Below, piece after piece: positions 47,480-55,817 of a stretch of DNA of 64,000 nt. A model generated the notes under the pieces. That model was not told the DNA's origin. It saw only the letters and a list, made by a program, of their open reading frames with translations, and searched no databases. Numbering within the stretch: position 1 is the stretch's first letter; every line of letters starts with the position of its first letter. The translations under genes were made by a program, and so were the position numbers. Source of the DNA: a virus; IMG/VR virus record IMGVR_UViG_3300045988_138996, positions 1 to 64,000 of that record; one strand, written 5' to 3'.

Positions 47480-50400
47480 ATGGCAAAAGACGTCAATGCT
47501 AATATACTTCATATAGCAGACTATTATCAAAAGAAATATAATACGACCGATACATTTAAACAATGTTTCGTCGGGCAAATGGTTCATGAATCAGGTAATG
47601 GTACTTCAGCATTAGCTATACAAGATATGAACTATGGTGGCTTAGGTGCTATTGAAGGTCAAGCTCATGATCCAGATGAACCTCGTTGGGCTAAATTTAG
47701 TTCTCTCGAAGAAGAAGCCGATTATGTATATAAAGTATTTTATAGTCATTATCCAGAAATTCATCAAGTTAAAACAGCTAAAGAATTTATGGATATTTTA
47801 TGGAATAATCAGTATGTTGTAGCTGAAGGTAATGAAAATCCTACAGAAGTATATAATAATTATCTTCAAGCTTTAACAGAATATACTGGCGAGACATTTA
47901 ATCCGACTAATCCACCGGCAGGTAGTGCTGCCGATGCTAAGGGCGGTGTAATGTCTAAGACAGCAGCTTCTGATACCGGTGTACAAAGCACAGTAGCTGG
48001 TAAAAGAAAAACGCCTAAGACATATACGATTTACAATATGCAAAAACTTGCGAAGGGTAAAACGTATTGTGCGCCAGTATATCCTGATATTATTTCTGTA
48101 TATAATCAAGTACCAGAATGGGCATTAGGTTCTAATTTAAAAGCTAATACCCAAGAAGATACGTCTGTTAAAGATGCGACTGAAGTTAAAAATACATCTC
48201 AAGCTGATAAGAATAATAACGAATCTGGTGCAAAAATTGAGACGACTAAAACTGCAGAAGAAAAACCTAAAGAAGAAGTCGCTCAGAAAGAAGCTCAGAA
48301 TAAGAAAGTTCAGAAAACTGCAGTCGGTGACGGTGGACTAGTTACTGTTACGACTGATAGCAAGCCTAACGAAGCTAAAGACGACTCTAAGACTAAGACA
48401 GAATCGACAAAGACTGAAGATACAAAAGAAGAACATGTCGAAGAAAAGACGCAAGGTATTCCGTTATATGCATATGAAACACGTGATAATGAAAAAGGTT
48501 GTTTCGATGTTGGTTTGCCATTAAGTTCTATTGCAGCATATGGTAGTGAAGCAGCTAAATATCAAATGAGTCGGATGCAATCAATTGCTCAACGTCAGAT
48601 TCAATTTGATCCGACAAAACACGATAATGCTGTTAAGGTACCGACTCCTGGAATGGTGCCTAATAATAAAGATGCATTTCCAGTCGATCTTAGAATTCGA
48701 GACTTAGAATATCATCAACCACGAATTGTTCGTGAAACAATTAAAGCAACTGAATTCGAAGAACAAACAGCTAAAGCATTACTCGCTATGGGTGGTAACG
48801 TTGAAAAACGTATGGTTCAAGTCGAAAATCATTTATCAACTGTAACACGGTATTTATTTAGATTGGGTTCTATTGTGCCGATTAACGATATGTATTATGG
48901 TGGTAATTCTACGTTTGAAAAATATAAATCTGTTCGTCAATTAACAGATGATCGAGTTACTGACGGTATGCAAACACAAATCGATCAGTATATGACGTCG
49001 ACTCGATTAGAGCCGATTATTGGTCAAACGTATGAAATCCTTAATCAGGTCGGTGCTAATTTATCAGTTATCTTAGACGATAACCAGTTATCATATTCTA
49101 ATATGAAACACTACTGTGATCTTATCGATATTAAACGTTATCAAGAACCATTGAAATTAGCAAGTATTAATGAAGGTGCTTCGTTAACTAAGTCTGGCGA
49201 TCAATCTGAGCAAGAATTAAATTCAGTATGGCCAGAAGGTTTTAAAATGGATTGGAAGTTAGTTCCGGTTGAAGAACAAGTACCTATTATTAACTGGCGT
49301 CAATCTATTATTGACGACGGTTCTGATTTAATGAATTCTGCTGGCATGTATGGTAATGGTAATGCTGTCGGTTCTGCATTAACTGGTACGACTAATAATC
49401 TCTTCTATAAAACTGCTATCGAATTAGAAGACACATCATTAAAACAATTTAAAGCCGTTGTCGATAAAGCTAAACAATCTATTAAAGGATATGAAGATCA
49501 AGCTAAGAATATTGCTAAGTCTAAAGATACGTATATGAAGATGAAAAAAGATATCGAAGGCGCGCAACTCCATAAAGATTTTACGGGTCCAGTTATCGCT
49601 GCGATTATGTGTGTTACTAATATATCGGATTCTAATAGTATTATTAACAGTCTTAAAAGTTTAACTAAAGAGCTTAAAGATAATTCTTTAATAGATAATC
49701 CATTATTAGTTGCTCTTGCTTATTTTTCAGAAAAAGCTAATATTATTGGCGATAAGCCGACTAAAGATCCTTCCGAAAAGAAGAAAGAACATGAGGATCT
49801 TAAGACCCGTTTAGATTATGTATATAAGCTTGTATCAAATTCTGGCAGCCAAAATGGTGGCGGTGAATCTAAGCAGTATTTCAATCTTGATATTAAGAAT
49901 CAAGGCGCTTGGACATTTACTCAATTCTGGGAACCATATTCTGTTAACGATTCTAAGAATCGTAAAGATCCGGTATCTCCATCTGATAAGCTAAATAAAC
50001 TTATTGAACTTTGTATCGTATTTAAAGAAATCTCTAAAAGTTTCTATGAATCAGAATTTGATAATGACCAATGGGGGTTCTTCTGGAAAGCCGAATATAT
50101 TCCTGAAATGAAATTAACAGGTTTCCCAGGAGAACAACGTGACGGATATACGCATCAAGGTATGGACGTCGTATTCCAACCAGATTCTCCTAAGCCTGAA
50201 ATTCTTTCAATATGTGATGGTACTGTAGCTGATACTGGTTGGGGATTAAATGCCGTAATGGTTAATGCTGCTAACGGTACGAATAAAACGATTATATATA
50301 TGCATATGTCTCAATTATTTGTTAAACCAGGCGATACCATTAAACGTGGTCAACCTATCGGAATTATCGGTGGTCATGGCACTAAAGATGGTGTAGAAAC

Positions 50401-50581
50401 GGACAATGCTTATGATGAACATCTTCATATCGAAGTATGGTCTGAACTAAATCGTGGAGGATCCTATGGGTCGATTGGCGATTTATATCCTGGTATTTTC
50501 CAAGATTACTGTACGACTCGTATAAAACTTGGAAAAGGCGTAGAATTAAGATATTCTGATTTTACAAATAAAACTTATTAG
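47480..50581 (+). CDS. large peptidoglycan hydrolase: N-terminal glucosaminidase/lysozyme-like domain + C-terminal M23 peptidase (virion-associated lysin type)
   Basis: N-terminus FVGQMVHESGNGTSALA..NYGGLG; C-terminus HQGMDV .. GTVADTGW .. YMHMS..VKPGDTIKRGQPIG .. HLHIEV. Confidence 0.7.
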   Translation: MAKDVNANILHIADYYQKKYNTTDTFKQCFVGQMVHESGNGTSALAIQDMNYGGLGAIEGQAHDPDEPRWAKFSSLEEEADYVYKVFYSHYPEIHQVKTAKEFMDILWNNQYVVAEGNENPTEVYNNYLQALTEYTGETFNPTNPPAGSAADAKGGVMSKTAASDTGVQSTVAGKRKTPKTYTIYNMQKLAKGKTYCAPVYPDIISVYNQVPEWALGSNLKANTQEDTSVKDATEVKNTSQADKNNNESGAKIETTKTAEEKPKEEVAQKEAQNKKVQKTAVGDGGLVTVTTDSKPNEAKDDSKTKTESTKTEDTKEEHVEEKTQGIPLYAYETRDNEKGCFDVGLPLSSIAAYGSEAAKYQMSRMQSIAQRQIQFDPTKHDNAVKVPTPGMVPNNKDAFPVDLRIRDLEYHQPRIVRETIKATEFEEQTAKALLAMGGNVEKRMVQVENHLSTVTRYLFRLGSIVPINDMYYGGNSTFEKYKSVRQLTDDRVTDGMQTQIDQYMTSTRLEPIIGQTYEILNQVGANLSVILDDNQLSYSNMKHYCDLIDIKRYQEPLKLASINEGASLTKSGDQSEQELNSVWPEGFKMDWKLVPVEEQVPIINWRQSIIDDGSDLMNSAGMYGNGNAVGSALTGTTNNLFYKTAIELEDTSLKQFKAVVDKAKQSIKGYEDQAKNIAKSKDTYMKMKKDIEGAQLHKDFTGPVIAAIMCVTNISDSNSIINSLKSLTKELKDNSLIDNPLLVALAYFSEKANIIGDKPTKDPSEKKKEHEDLKTRLDYVYKLVSNSGSQNGGGESKQYFNLDIKNQGAWTFTQFWEPYSVNDSKNRKDPVSPSDKLNKLIELCIVFKEISKSFYESEFDNDQWGFFWKAEYIPEMKLTGFPGEQRDGYTHQGMDVVFQPDSPKPEILSICDGTVADTGWGLNAVMVNAANGTNKTIIYMHMSQLFVKPGDTIKRGQPIGIIGGHGTKDGVETDNAYDEHLHIEVWSELNRGGSYGSIGDLYPGIFQDYCTTRIKLGKGVELRYSDFTNKTY

Positions 50582-50642
50582 TACTTGCATATATAATTAT
50601 TTTATAATATAATAATATGTGTAAGGTAAGTATATAAAAAAC

Positions 50643-50680
50643 GTGCCTCGCATGATCTACACTACGAGGCACAATTTTTA
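50643..50680. terminator. bidirectional hairpin terminator
   Basis: GTGCCTCG (50643-50) / CGAGGCAC (50665-72), with T-rich runs on both strands. Confidence 0.6.
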
Positions 50681-50956
50681 ACATGGTCAATGTTACGCAA
50701 AAACACATCATATTTTGCTCCTTTCTGTAATAAAAAATGATTAACTAGCTTAAAGCGACATAATAATACCTCCCTGTAATATCCCTTATCTTTTGTTTGT
50801 CGCTGGCTCATAGAACACACAATAATAAAGATCTAAATACTGTATATTTTTCTCTCCTTTCTTAAAAATAAAGTATTATAAAAAATCTCTTCTATTAAAA
50901 CACACACACTCACTCTATATAAATGAACGGAACGCGTAACATTGACCATCCCCTAT

Positions 50957-51034
50957 GGCGGGGTAGTCCAAATGGCAGAGACACGAGTCTCATAAGCTCG
51001 TCTAGTGCAAGTTCGACTCTTGCCCCCGCACCCA
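50957..51034 (+). tRNA. tRNA with CAU anticodon (Met, or Ile if lysidine-modified); position 1:72 looks mismatched
   Basis: Hand fold: acceptor GGCGGGG/CCCCGCA, anticodon arm CGAGT-CTCATAA-GCTCG, T arm GCAAG-TTCGACT-CTTGC, encoded CCA. Confidence 0.6.
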
Positions 51035-51038
51035 ATAT

Positions 51039-51104
51039 TGCAGAGTAAAACAGCATGGAATTGGGTCCATGTCTGAAATGGTTTGACTCCATTCTCTGCG
51101 ACCA
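51039..51104 (+). ncRNA. aberrant 63-nt tRNA-like element (+CCA) with only three arms
   Basis: Acceptor TGCAGAG/CTCTGCG, T arm AATGG-TTTGACT-CCATT, discriminator A + CCA. Only one further hairpin is present (CATGG(A)-ATTGGG-(T)CCATG). Confidence 0.45.
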
Positions 51105-51105
51105 T

Positions 51106-51193
51106 GGAGAAGTGGCCGAGTGGATTAAGGCTACAGTCTTGAAAACTGTCGTACGGAAACGTACCGTGAGTTCGAATCTCACCTTCTCCTCCA
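51106..51193 (+). tRNA. tRNA-Ser (UGA)
   Basis: Acceptor GGAGAAG/CTTCTCC, anticodon loop CTTGAAA, long variable arm GTACGGAAACGTAC, T arm GTGAG-TTCGAAT-CTCAC, CCA. Confidence 0.85.
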
Positions 51194-51200
51194 TATATAT

Positions 51201-51285
51201 GTACAGGTGGCCGAGTGGTTAAAGGCAGCAGACTGTAAATCTGCCGACATTGTCTATGTTGGTTCAAATCCAACCCTGTGCACCA
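51201..51285 (+). tRNA. tRNA-Tyr (GUA)
   Basis: Acceptor GTACAGG/CCTGTGC, anticodon arm GCAGA-CTGTAAA-TCTGC, long variable arm, T arm GTTGG-TTCAAAT-CCAAC, CCA. Confidence 0.85.
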
Positions 51286-51289
51286 GTAT

Positions 51290-51366
51290 GGTTCCATGGA
51301 GTAATTGGTCATCTCGTCACCCTGTCAAGGTGAAGATTACGGGTTCAAATCCCGTTGAAACCGCCA
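51290..51366 (+). tRNA. tRNA-Asp (GUC)
   Basis: Acceptor GGTTCCA/TGAAACC (one mismatch), anticodon arm TCACC-CTGTCAA-GGTGA, T arm ACGGG-TTCAAAT-CCCGT, CCA. Confidence 0.8.
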
Positions 51367-51368
51367 GT

Positions 51369-51421
51369 ATCCTAACATAGAATTTTTTCTGATTATCTGT
51401 ATTCTGTGTTAGGATTTTTTT
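51369..51421 (+). terminator. long hairpin + T7 inside the tRNA cluster
   Basis: ATCCTAACA/TGTTAGGAT plus AGAAT/ATTCT helices, followed by TTTTTTT. Confidence 0.55.
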
Positions 51422-51425
51422 ACTT

Positions 51426-51503
51426 ACTCCTGTAGCTTAGAGGCTAAGCACCCGGCTCATAACCGGGCATTTTACCCTGGTTCGAATCCAGGCGGGAGTA
51501 CCA
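51426..51503 (+). tRNA. second CAU-anticodon tRNA (Met/fMet/Ile2 undetermined), unusual 8-nt variable region
   Basis: Acceptor ACTCCTG/CGGGAGT, anticodon arm CCCGG-CTCATAA-CCGGG, T arm CCTGG-TTCGAAT-CCAGG, CCA. Confidence 0.65.
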
Positions 51504-51797
51504 TAAATAATACTAAGTACAGTATTAGTTCTATTTTTTTTAATATGGAAAGGAAAAACTTGAGTTTAAAATCCGATTCATATATAAGATTCAATCAGAA
51601 CGAGCTTATACATTATACATTATAAAAGTAAAGCTGTAGACTATTTAAGTCTTAGGCCTTAGAAGCCGATTTGGACCGGCTTAAAAGAATAAGGGCTTTT
51701 TTAGCCAAACTTCTTAATAGAGAAAACTTTTAAAAGCTCTCTTAGAATTATATGATTTAATCATATAAAGTTCAATTAAATACTGTGCTTATGTATT

Positions 51798-51893
51798 ATT
51801 CTATTACTGAAAACTGATATACTGCTTTTTTTTAGTGGTTTCTTCATTTTCCCTTACTCCTTTGAGTAGTATATCAGTTTTGAGTAATAGAAT
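51798..51893 (+). repeat. 26-bp inverted repeat (1 mismatch) separated by 44 nt
   Basis: ATTCTATTACTGAAAACTGATATACT (51798-823) against AGTATATCAGTTTTGAGTAATAGAAT (51868-893), with inner hairpin TACTC-CTTT-GAGTA. Confidence 0.7.
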
Positions 51894-51899
51894 TATATA

Positions 51900-51929
51900 A
51901 TCCTTGTCTTTATGACAAGGATATTTTTG
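51900..51929 (+). terminator. intrinsic terminator-like hairpin just upstream of the 51947 ORF
   Basis: ATCCTTGTC-TTTAT-GACAAGGAT followed by ATTTTT. Confidence 0.55.
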
Positions 51930-51946
51930 TATGAAAGGATATTAAA

Positions 51947-52336
51947 ATGATTAGAAAATTAAGACGTGCAAATGCTTATACAATAAGAAAATTTTGTTCT
52001 GATTATGCAATCGAACATGTTATTCCAAGATCATTCGGGGAGATCCCGATTAAAATGAGATATAAATCTATGTATGTTAACAATATTAAATCATTATCAG
52101 ATATTATGTTTAAATATCCTGAACGATCTAAACGTATTGTCTTTACGACAGCTAATGGATATAAACCTCAATATGAATATAAGTTTCGACATGTTAATTA
52201 TGAAAAAGCTATTAAAATGGTTCAATTTTTTAAACCTAAAATTCATATTAGATTTAACCTTGATACGTATGATAATCATATTCGTAAGTATAAATCTAAT
52301 ACAATTTTTAAACGTCGATATAGAACAAGGTGGTAA
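51947..52336 (+). CDS. hypothetical basic protein
   Basis: ORF track; Arg/Lys/Tyr-rich. Confidence 0.4.
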   Translation: MIRKLRRANAYTIRKFCSDYAIEHVIPRSFGEIPIKMRYKSMYVNNIKSLSDIMFKYPERSKRIVFTTANGYKPQYEYKFRHVNYEKAIKMVQFFKPKIHIRFNLDTYDNHIRKYKSNTIFKRRYRTRW

Positions 52337-52338
52337 TT

Positions 52339-52557
52339 ATGGAACTATATAAAATATTATTTATTATCGGAGCAGTACTTGTAATTATTGGATTAATTCC
52401 TGCAGTTGTTGATAGTATTAAAACAATTAAAGATATTTTACATGATTTTAAAGAGGATAAATCATTTATATTTGAAGTCTTAATGTTTACGATTGCAATT
52501 GTATGTTTTATTCTCGGGATTATTATTATGATTATAACGAAGGTGTATAATGGATAA
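52339..52557 (+). CDS. small membrane protein (2 TM)
   Basis: ORF track 52330..; ATG 52339 follows AAGGTGG. Confidence 0.4.
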   Translation: MELYKILFIIGAVLVIIGLIPAVVDSIKTIKDILHDFKEDKSFIFEVLMFTIAIVCFILGIIIMIITKVYNG

Positions 52558-52870
52558 GGATATAAATAATATATTATTAAAAAAGATTATTCATATATAC
52601 ATATTGTTTTCGATTATCATATATATGATTAATTTAATAATCGTTAATCTATTTATGTATTTTATCGTAGACGATACTGTATATCGAACTACGTATTTTA
52701 CGGTTAATGATTTTACATTACAAACATTTCCAGTTATTTCAATGTTAATAGCTGCGATATTGTTTTGCCTAATTAATATTAATATTAGTCAAGAAATTGA
52801 CAATGAAAATAATATTATATACTATGAATTATCAATTGGTACATTATTTAAAGCAAAGTTAAAGAAATAA
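52550..52870 (+). CDS. small membrane protein
   Basis: ORF track; hydrophobic segments. Confidence 0.4.
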   Translation: MDKDINNILLKKIIHIYILFSIIIYMINLIIVNLFMYFIVDDTVYRTTYFTVNDFTLQTFPVISMLIAAILFCLININISQEIDNENNIIYYELSIGTLFKAKLKK

Positions 52871-52872
52871 TT

Positions 52873-53328
52873 ATGTTTGTATATAAAACTGGTAATATAT
52901 TAAAATCAAAAGCTGAATATATTTTTAATGCTGTTAACACTGTCGGCATAATGGGCAAAGGTTTAGCTCTTCAAATTAAACAAAAATATCCAGACTGTTT
53001 AAAAGATTATGAAGAAGCGTGTCGTGATAAACGACTTAAACCTGGATCAGTATTAATTACATATTTAGTTAAAGAAAAAATTAATATCGTTCAGTTTCCG
53101 ACGAAAGCACATTGGCGCGATCCTTCTAAATATGAGTATATTGAAGAAGGATTAAAATCGTTCACAATATTCTTAAAGAATCATAATATTCAAAACGTAA
53201 CAATTGCTATTCCTAAATTAGGGTGTGGCAATGGTAAGCTTGAATGGAAACAAGTATTAACTTTAATTAAACAATATCTGTCTGAATTCGACGATATTGT
53301 ATTTGAAATTTATGGTGAAAACGTTTAG
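52873..53328 (+). CDS. macro-domain (ADP-ribose binding/hydrolase) protein
   Basis: GNILKSKAEYIFNAVNTVGIMGKGLALQIKQKYP, PTKAHWRDPS, IPKLGCGNG. Confidence 0.75.
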   Translation: MFVYKTGNILKSKAEYIFNAVNTVGIMGKGLALQIKQKYPDCLKDYEEACRDKRLKPGSVLITYLVKEKINIVQFPTKAHWRDPSKYEYIEEGLKSFTIFLKNHNIQNVTIAIPKLGCGNGKLEWKQVLTLIKQYLSEFDDIVFEIYGENV

Positions 53329-53344
53329 TTAGAAAGGAGTCGTA

Positions 53345-53431
53345 ATGGATCAATATATTATCTATTCAATTCTTAATTCTTTATTAGCTCTACTTCTAGT
53401 AGTTTCTGTATATAAGATTATTAAACACTGA
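53345..53431 (+). CDS. tiny hydrophobic peptide ORF (28 aa)
   Basis: Hand translation MDQYIIYSILNSLLALLLVVSVYKIIKH; AAAGGAG RBS. Confidence 0.3.
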   Translation: MDQYIIYSILNSLLALLLVVSVYKIIKH

Positions 53432-53441
53432 GGTATTTGTT

Positions 53442-53714
53442 ATGTCGAAAAATAAAACCATATTATATATATATTTTACTTTATTACTAGTGACAGGTGT
53501 CGGATCTAAAATCATATCGTTTTTAGATTTTTTATTTTATATTTTAATGATACCACTAGCAATATGTATGGTTTTATTTGTTTTGATTGTTACAGTTATT
53601 ATTACATATATATCAGTATATAATTTATTGCATGTATTTGGAATTGAATTATTTGATAATATAAAGATACCGATAAAATTTATCTATGAACAAAAGAATA
53701 AAGATGATCATTAG
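53442..53714 (+). CDS. small membrane protein
   Basis: ORF track; two or three hydrophobic segments. Confidence 0.4.
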   Translation: MSKNKTILYIYFTLLLVTGVGSKIISFLDFLFYILMIPLAICMVLFVLIVTVIITYISVYNLLHVFGIELFDNIKIPIKFIYEQKNKDDH

Positions 53715-53865
53715 AACTATTAAAAAACGATATCGTAAAAAGCATTTGAATGAAGTTTATTATTTACGATTCTCTAAAGAATTTTTGGAAGTAGACAAAT
53801 GAATCTATTTAACTTAGTATTACTAATAGCTATTATTGTATTTTTATATGAGTATAATAAAAAAT

Positions 53866-53895
53866 AAGCCCCTCGATTGAGGGGCTTTTCTTATT
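53866..53895. terminator. bidirectional terminator between convergent genes
   Basis: AAGCCCCTC-GATT-GAGGGGCTT with T tracts on both strands. Confidence 0.7.
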
Positions 53896-55081
53896 TAAAA
53901 CTAATAAAGTATGTAGCATAACGACCTTCATCTTTGTTTAACATTAATAGTTTTTGACCTGCTTTCGAGAACTTGCGTCCATCGACAGCATATCGATCAC
54001 TACCACAAAGTGAAGGATTTACAATCATTTCGACACCTTTGAGATCAGCTTCTCTAGAATGATGGAAATGACCCATAACAATATAATTAGGTATTTGTTT
54101 TGTAAATAGTGCCAAATTATCGATAGCTCGGTTATAATTATCTTTATGTCCATGAACACCGATAATTATTTGTTCACAAACTTTAGCTACGATAATTTCG
54201 TCGTCAACAATATTTTTATTAAAATGAATGCGTTCATTTCCTTTAAGACGTTCTTTTAAGAACCAAGGAATAATATCGTTGAACGATTCGCCATTCATTG
54301 CTTCTTCTTTAGAAGGAGTGACACGATCATGATTGCCACGACAGAAATATAATTCTAGGTTGAATTCTTGACTTAGATTATTAAATAAATGACTAAGTGC
54401 TTCGCTGACGCCGATCGTTTGTTCGATAAGATTTTCTTGAGATTCGATTCGTGTTTGTACATGAATACCGCCATTAATCATATCGCCTAGTGTCATAATA
54501 TGAATTGTTTTAATGTTATTTAATTTACAATATTCTCGTGTCTTATTCATTAGATGTTCGACACGTTGATGGAATATTTCGTCGTTAAATTTATTAAAGT
54601 AGTTATCACTAACTTGGCCCTTGTGCCAGTCACTAATAAGAAGGACAGCTTCACTTTCGCCAGTAGCTAGTTTTTTAAATTCATATTTAAGTGGTTCAAG
54701 TTTATTAATTGATTCTGCTATTAATTCTTTTAATAGAAATTGATTAGATACTTCTTTTAACGTACGATTTAATTCTTGACGATGTTTACTATTAACATTT
54801 TTAGCATGAGCATTTAATAACAAGTCTCGTGCTGTTTCTGTTATACGTTCTTGTGTCATTACTGGAGTTACTGATTTTCTAAAATCATTAAAGTAACTCC
54901 CTATCGTAGCTGTATCTAAAGTAATGTCGAAAAACATTTCTGCCATAGTAGAAATACGTTTATATGTTAATTTAGTATTATTTTGTCGTTCTTCATACAT
55001 ACGATATAACCAACTAATTAGATCTTCGCCATCTAATGCTGAATAGTTAATCGTAACAGATTGTTTTGTTTCTTCAGCCAT
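53891..55081 (-). CDS. calcineurin-like metallophosphoesterase with ~150-aa N-terminal extension (the only minus-strand gene)
   Basis: Motifs LISDWH, TLGDMINGG, RGNHDR, GVHGHKD, MGHFHH. Start set at MAEETKQ, which follows AGGAGGA (track gives 55111). Confidence 0.7.
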   Translation of the reverse strand: MAEETKQSVTINYSALDGEDLISWLYRMYEERQNNTKLTYKRISTMAEMFFDITLDTATIGSYFNDFRKSVTPVMTQERITETARDLLLNAHAKNVNSKHRQELNRTLKEVSNQFLLKELIAESINKLEPLKYEFKKLATGESEAVLLISDWHKGQVSDNYFNKFNDEIFHQRVEHLMNKTREYCKLNNIKTIHIMTLGDMINGGIHVQTRIESQENLIEQTIGVSEALSHLFNNLSQEFNLELYFCRGNHDRVTPSKEEAMNGESFNDIIPWFLKERLKGNERIHFNKNIVDDEIIVAKVCEQIIIGVHGHKDNYNRAIDNLALFTKQIPNYIVMGHFHHSREADLKGVEMIVNPSLCGSDRYAVDGRKFSKAGQKLLMLNKDEGRYATYFISFK

Positions 55082-55360
55082 GTATATCCTCCTGAAAATA
55101 AAATGAAACAAATTCTTCCTTTATTATATAATATTTGCATAACTAAGTAAACTAGTGTTTATAGGATTTTTTGAAAAATCTAATTATTTGAGATATATAT
55201 TTTTACTTATAAATATTAGACTTTATGAAAATCCTAGATTATACTATAAATATATTATGATTATTCTGTATATTATAATATACTATATGTAGTATGTGCT
55301 ACAGTAATATAATACTACATCTTCTTTTTAGTTGCGCAACGAAAGGAAAATTATTAACTA

Positions 55361-55767
55361 TGGAAAAAGTATTATTTGGTGGAAACAATGATATCCAGGT
55401 GCCGATGGCAACTCGATTAATCGGAACATTCTCTACCGGAACTGACGAAATTATTCTTGATGGGAATAAACAAGAACGAATCGTACAATTTAATTATGAA
55501 GGTAAACAAGTATTAAAACAATATACATTAAAGCATTTATATGCTCCATATACTAAGATTATCGAAGTATCGGATAATGCATATTGGTATACTGGTAAAG
55601 AACCAAAACAAAATCCTTCGATTAAAGATATCGTGCGTTTCGACGTATACGATAAAGGTTGGATCATCGAAGATATAAAAGATATCGAAGCCGACGCTTA
55701 TTCTATTATTAGCAATTCTCAAGAATTAATAGTAGTCATAGAAGGTACAGAACTTTTGATCAAATAA
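55361..55767 (+). CDS. hypothetical protein
   Basis: ORF track 55294..; ATG 55361 (MEKVLFGG) follows GAAAGGAAA. Confidence 0.4.
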
Positions 55768-55817
55768 TATTTATATATATTTTATTAACAGTATTATTGT
55801 ATTAAAAGGATTTTTAA

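Noticed and set aside
50910-51312. Minus-strand ORFs of 94 and 119 aa
   Set aside because: They are the reverse complement of the tRNA cluster. G+C-rich tRNA genes keep frames open by chance.
50957-51503. tRNA cluster as a prophage attachment site or integration module
   Set aside because: No integrase, excisionase or repressor gene and no direct repeat of a tRNA 3' end is visible in the window. The tRNAs look like ordinary phage-encoded tRNAs.
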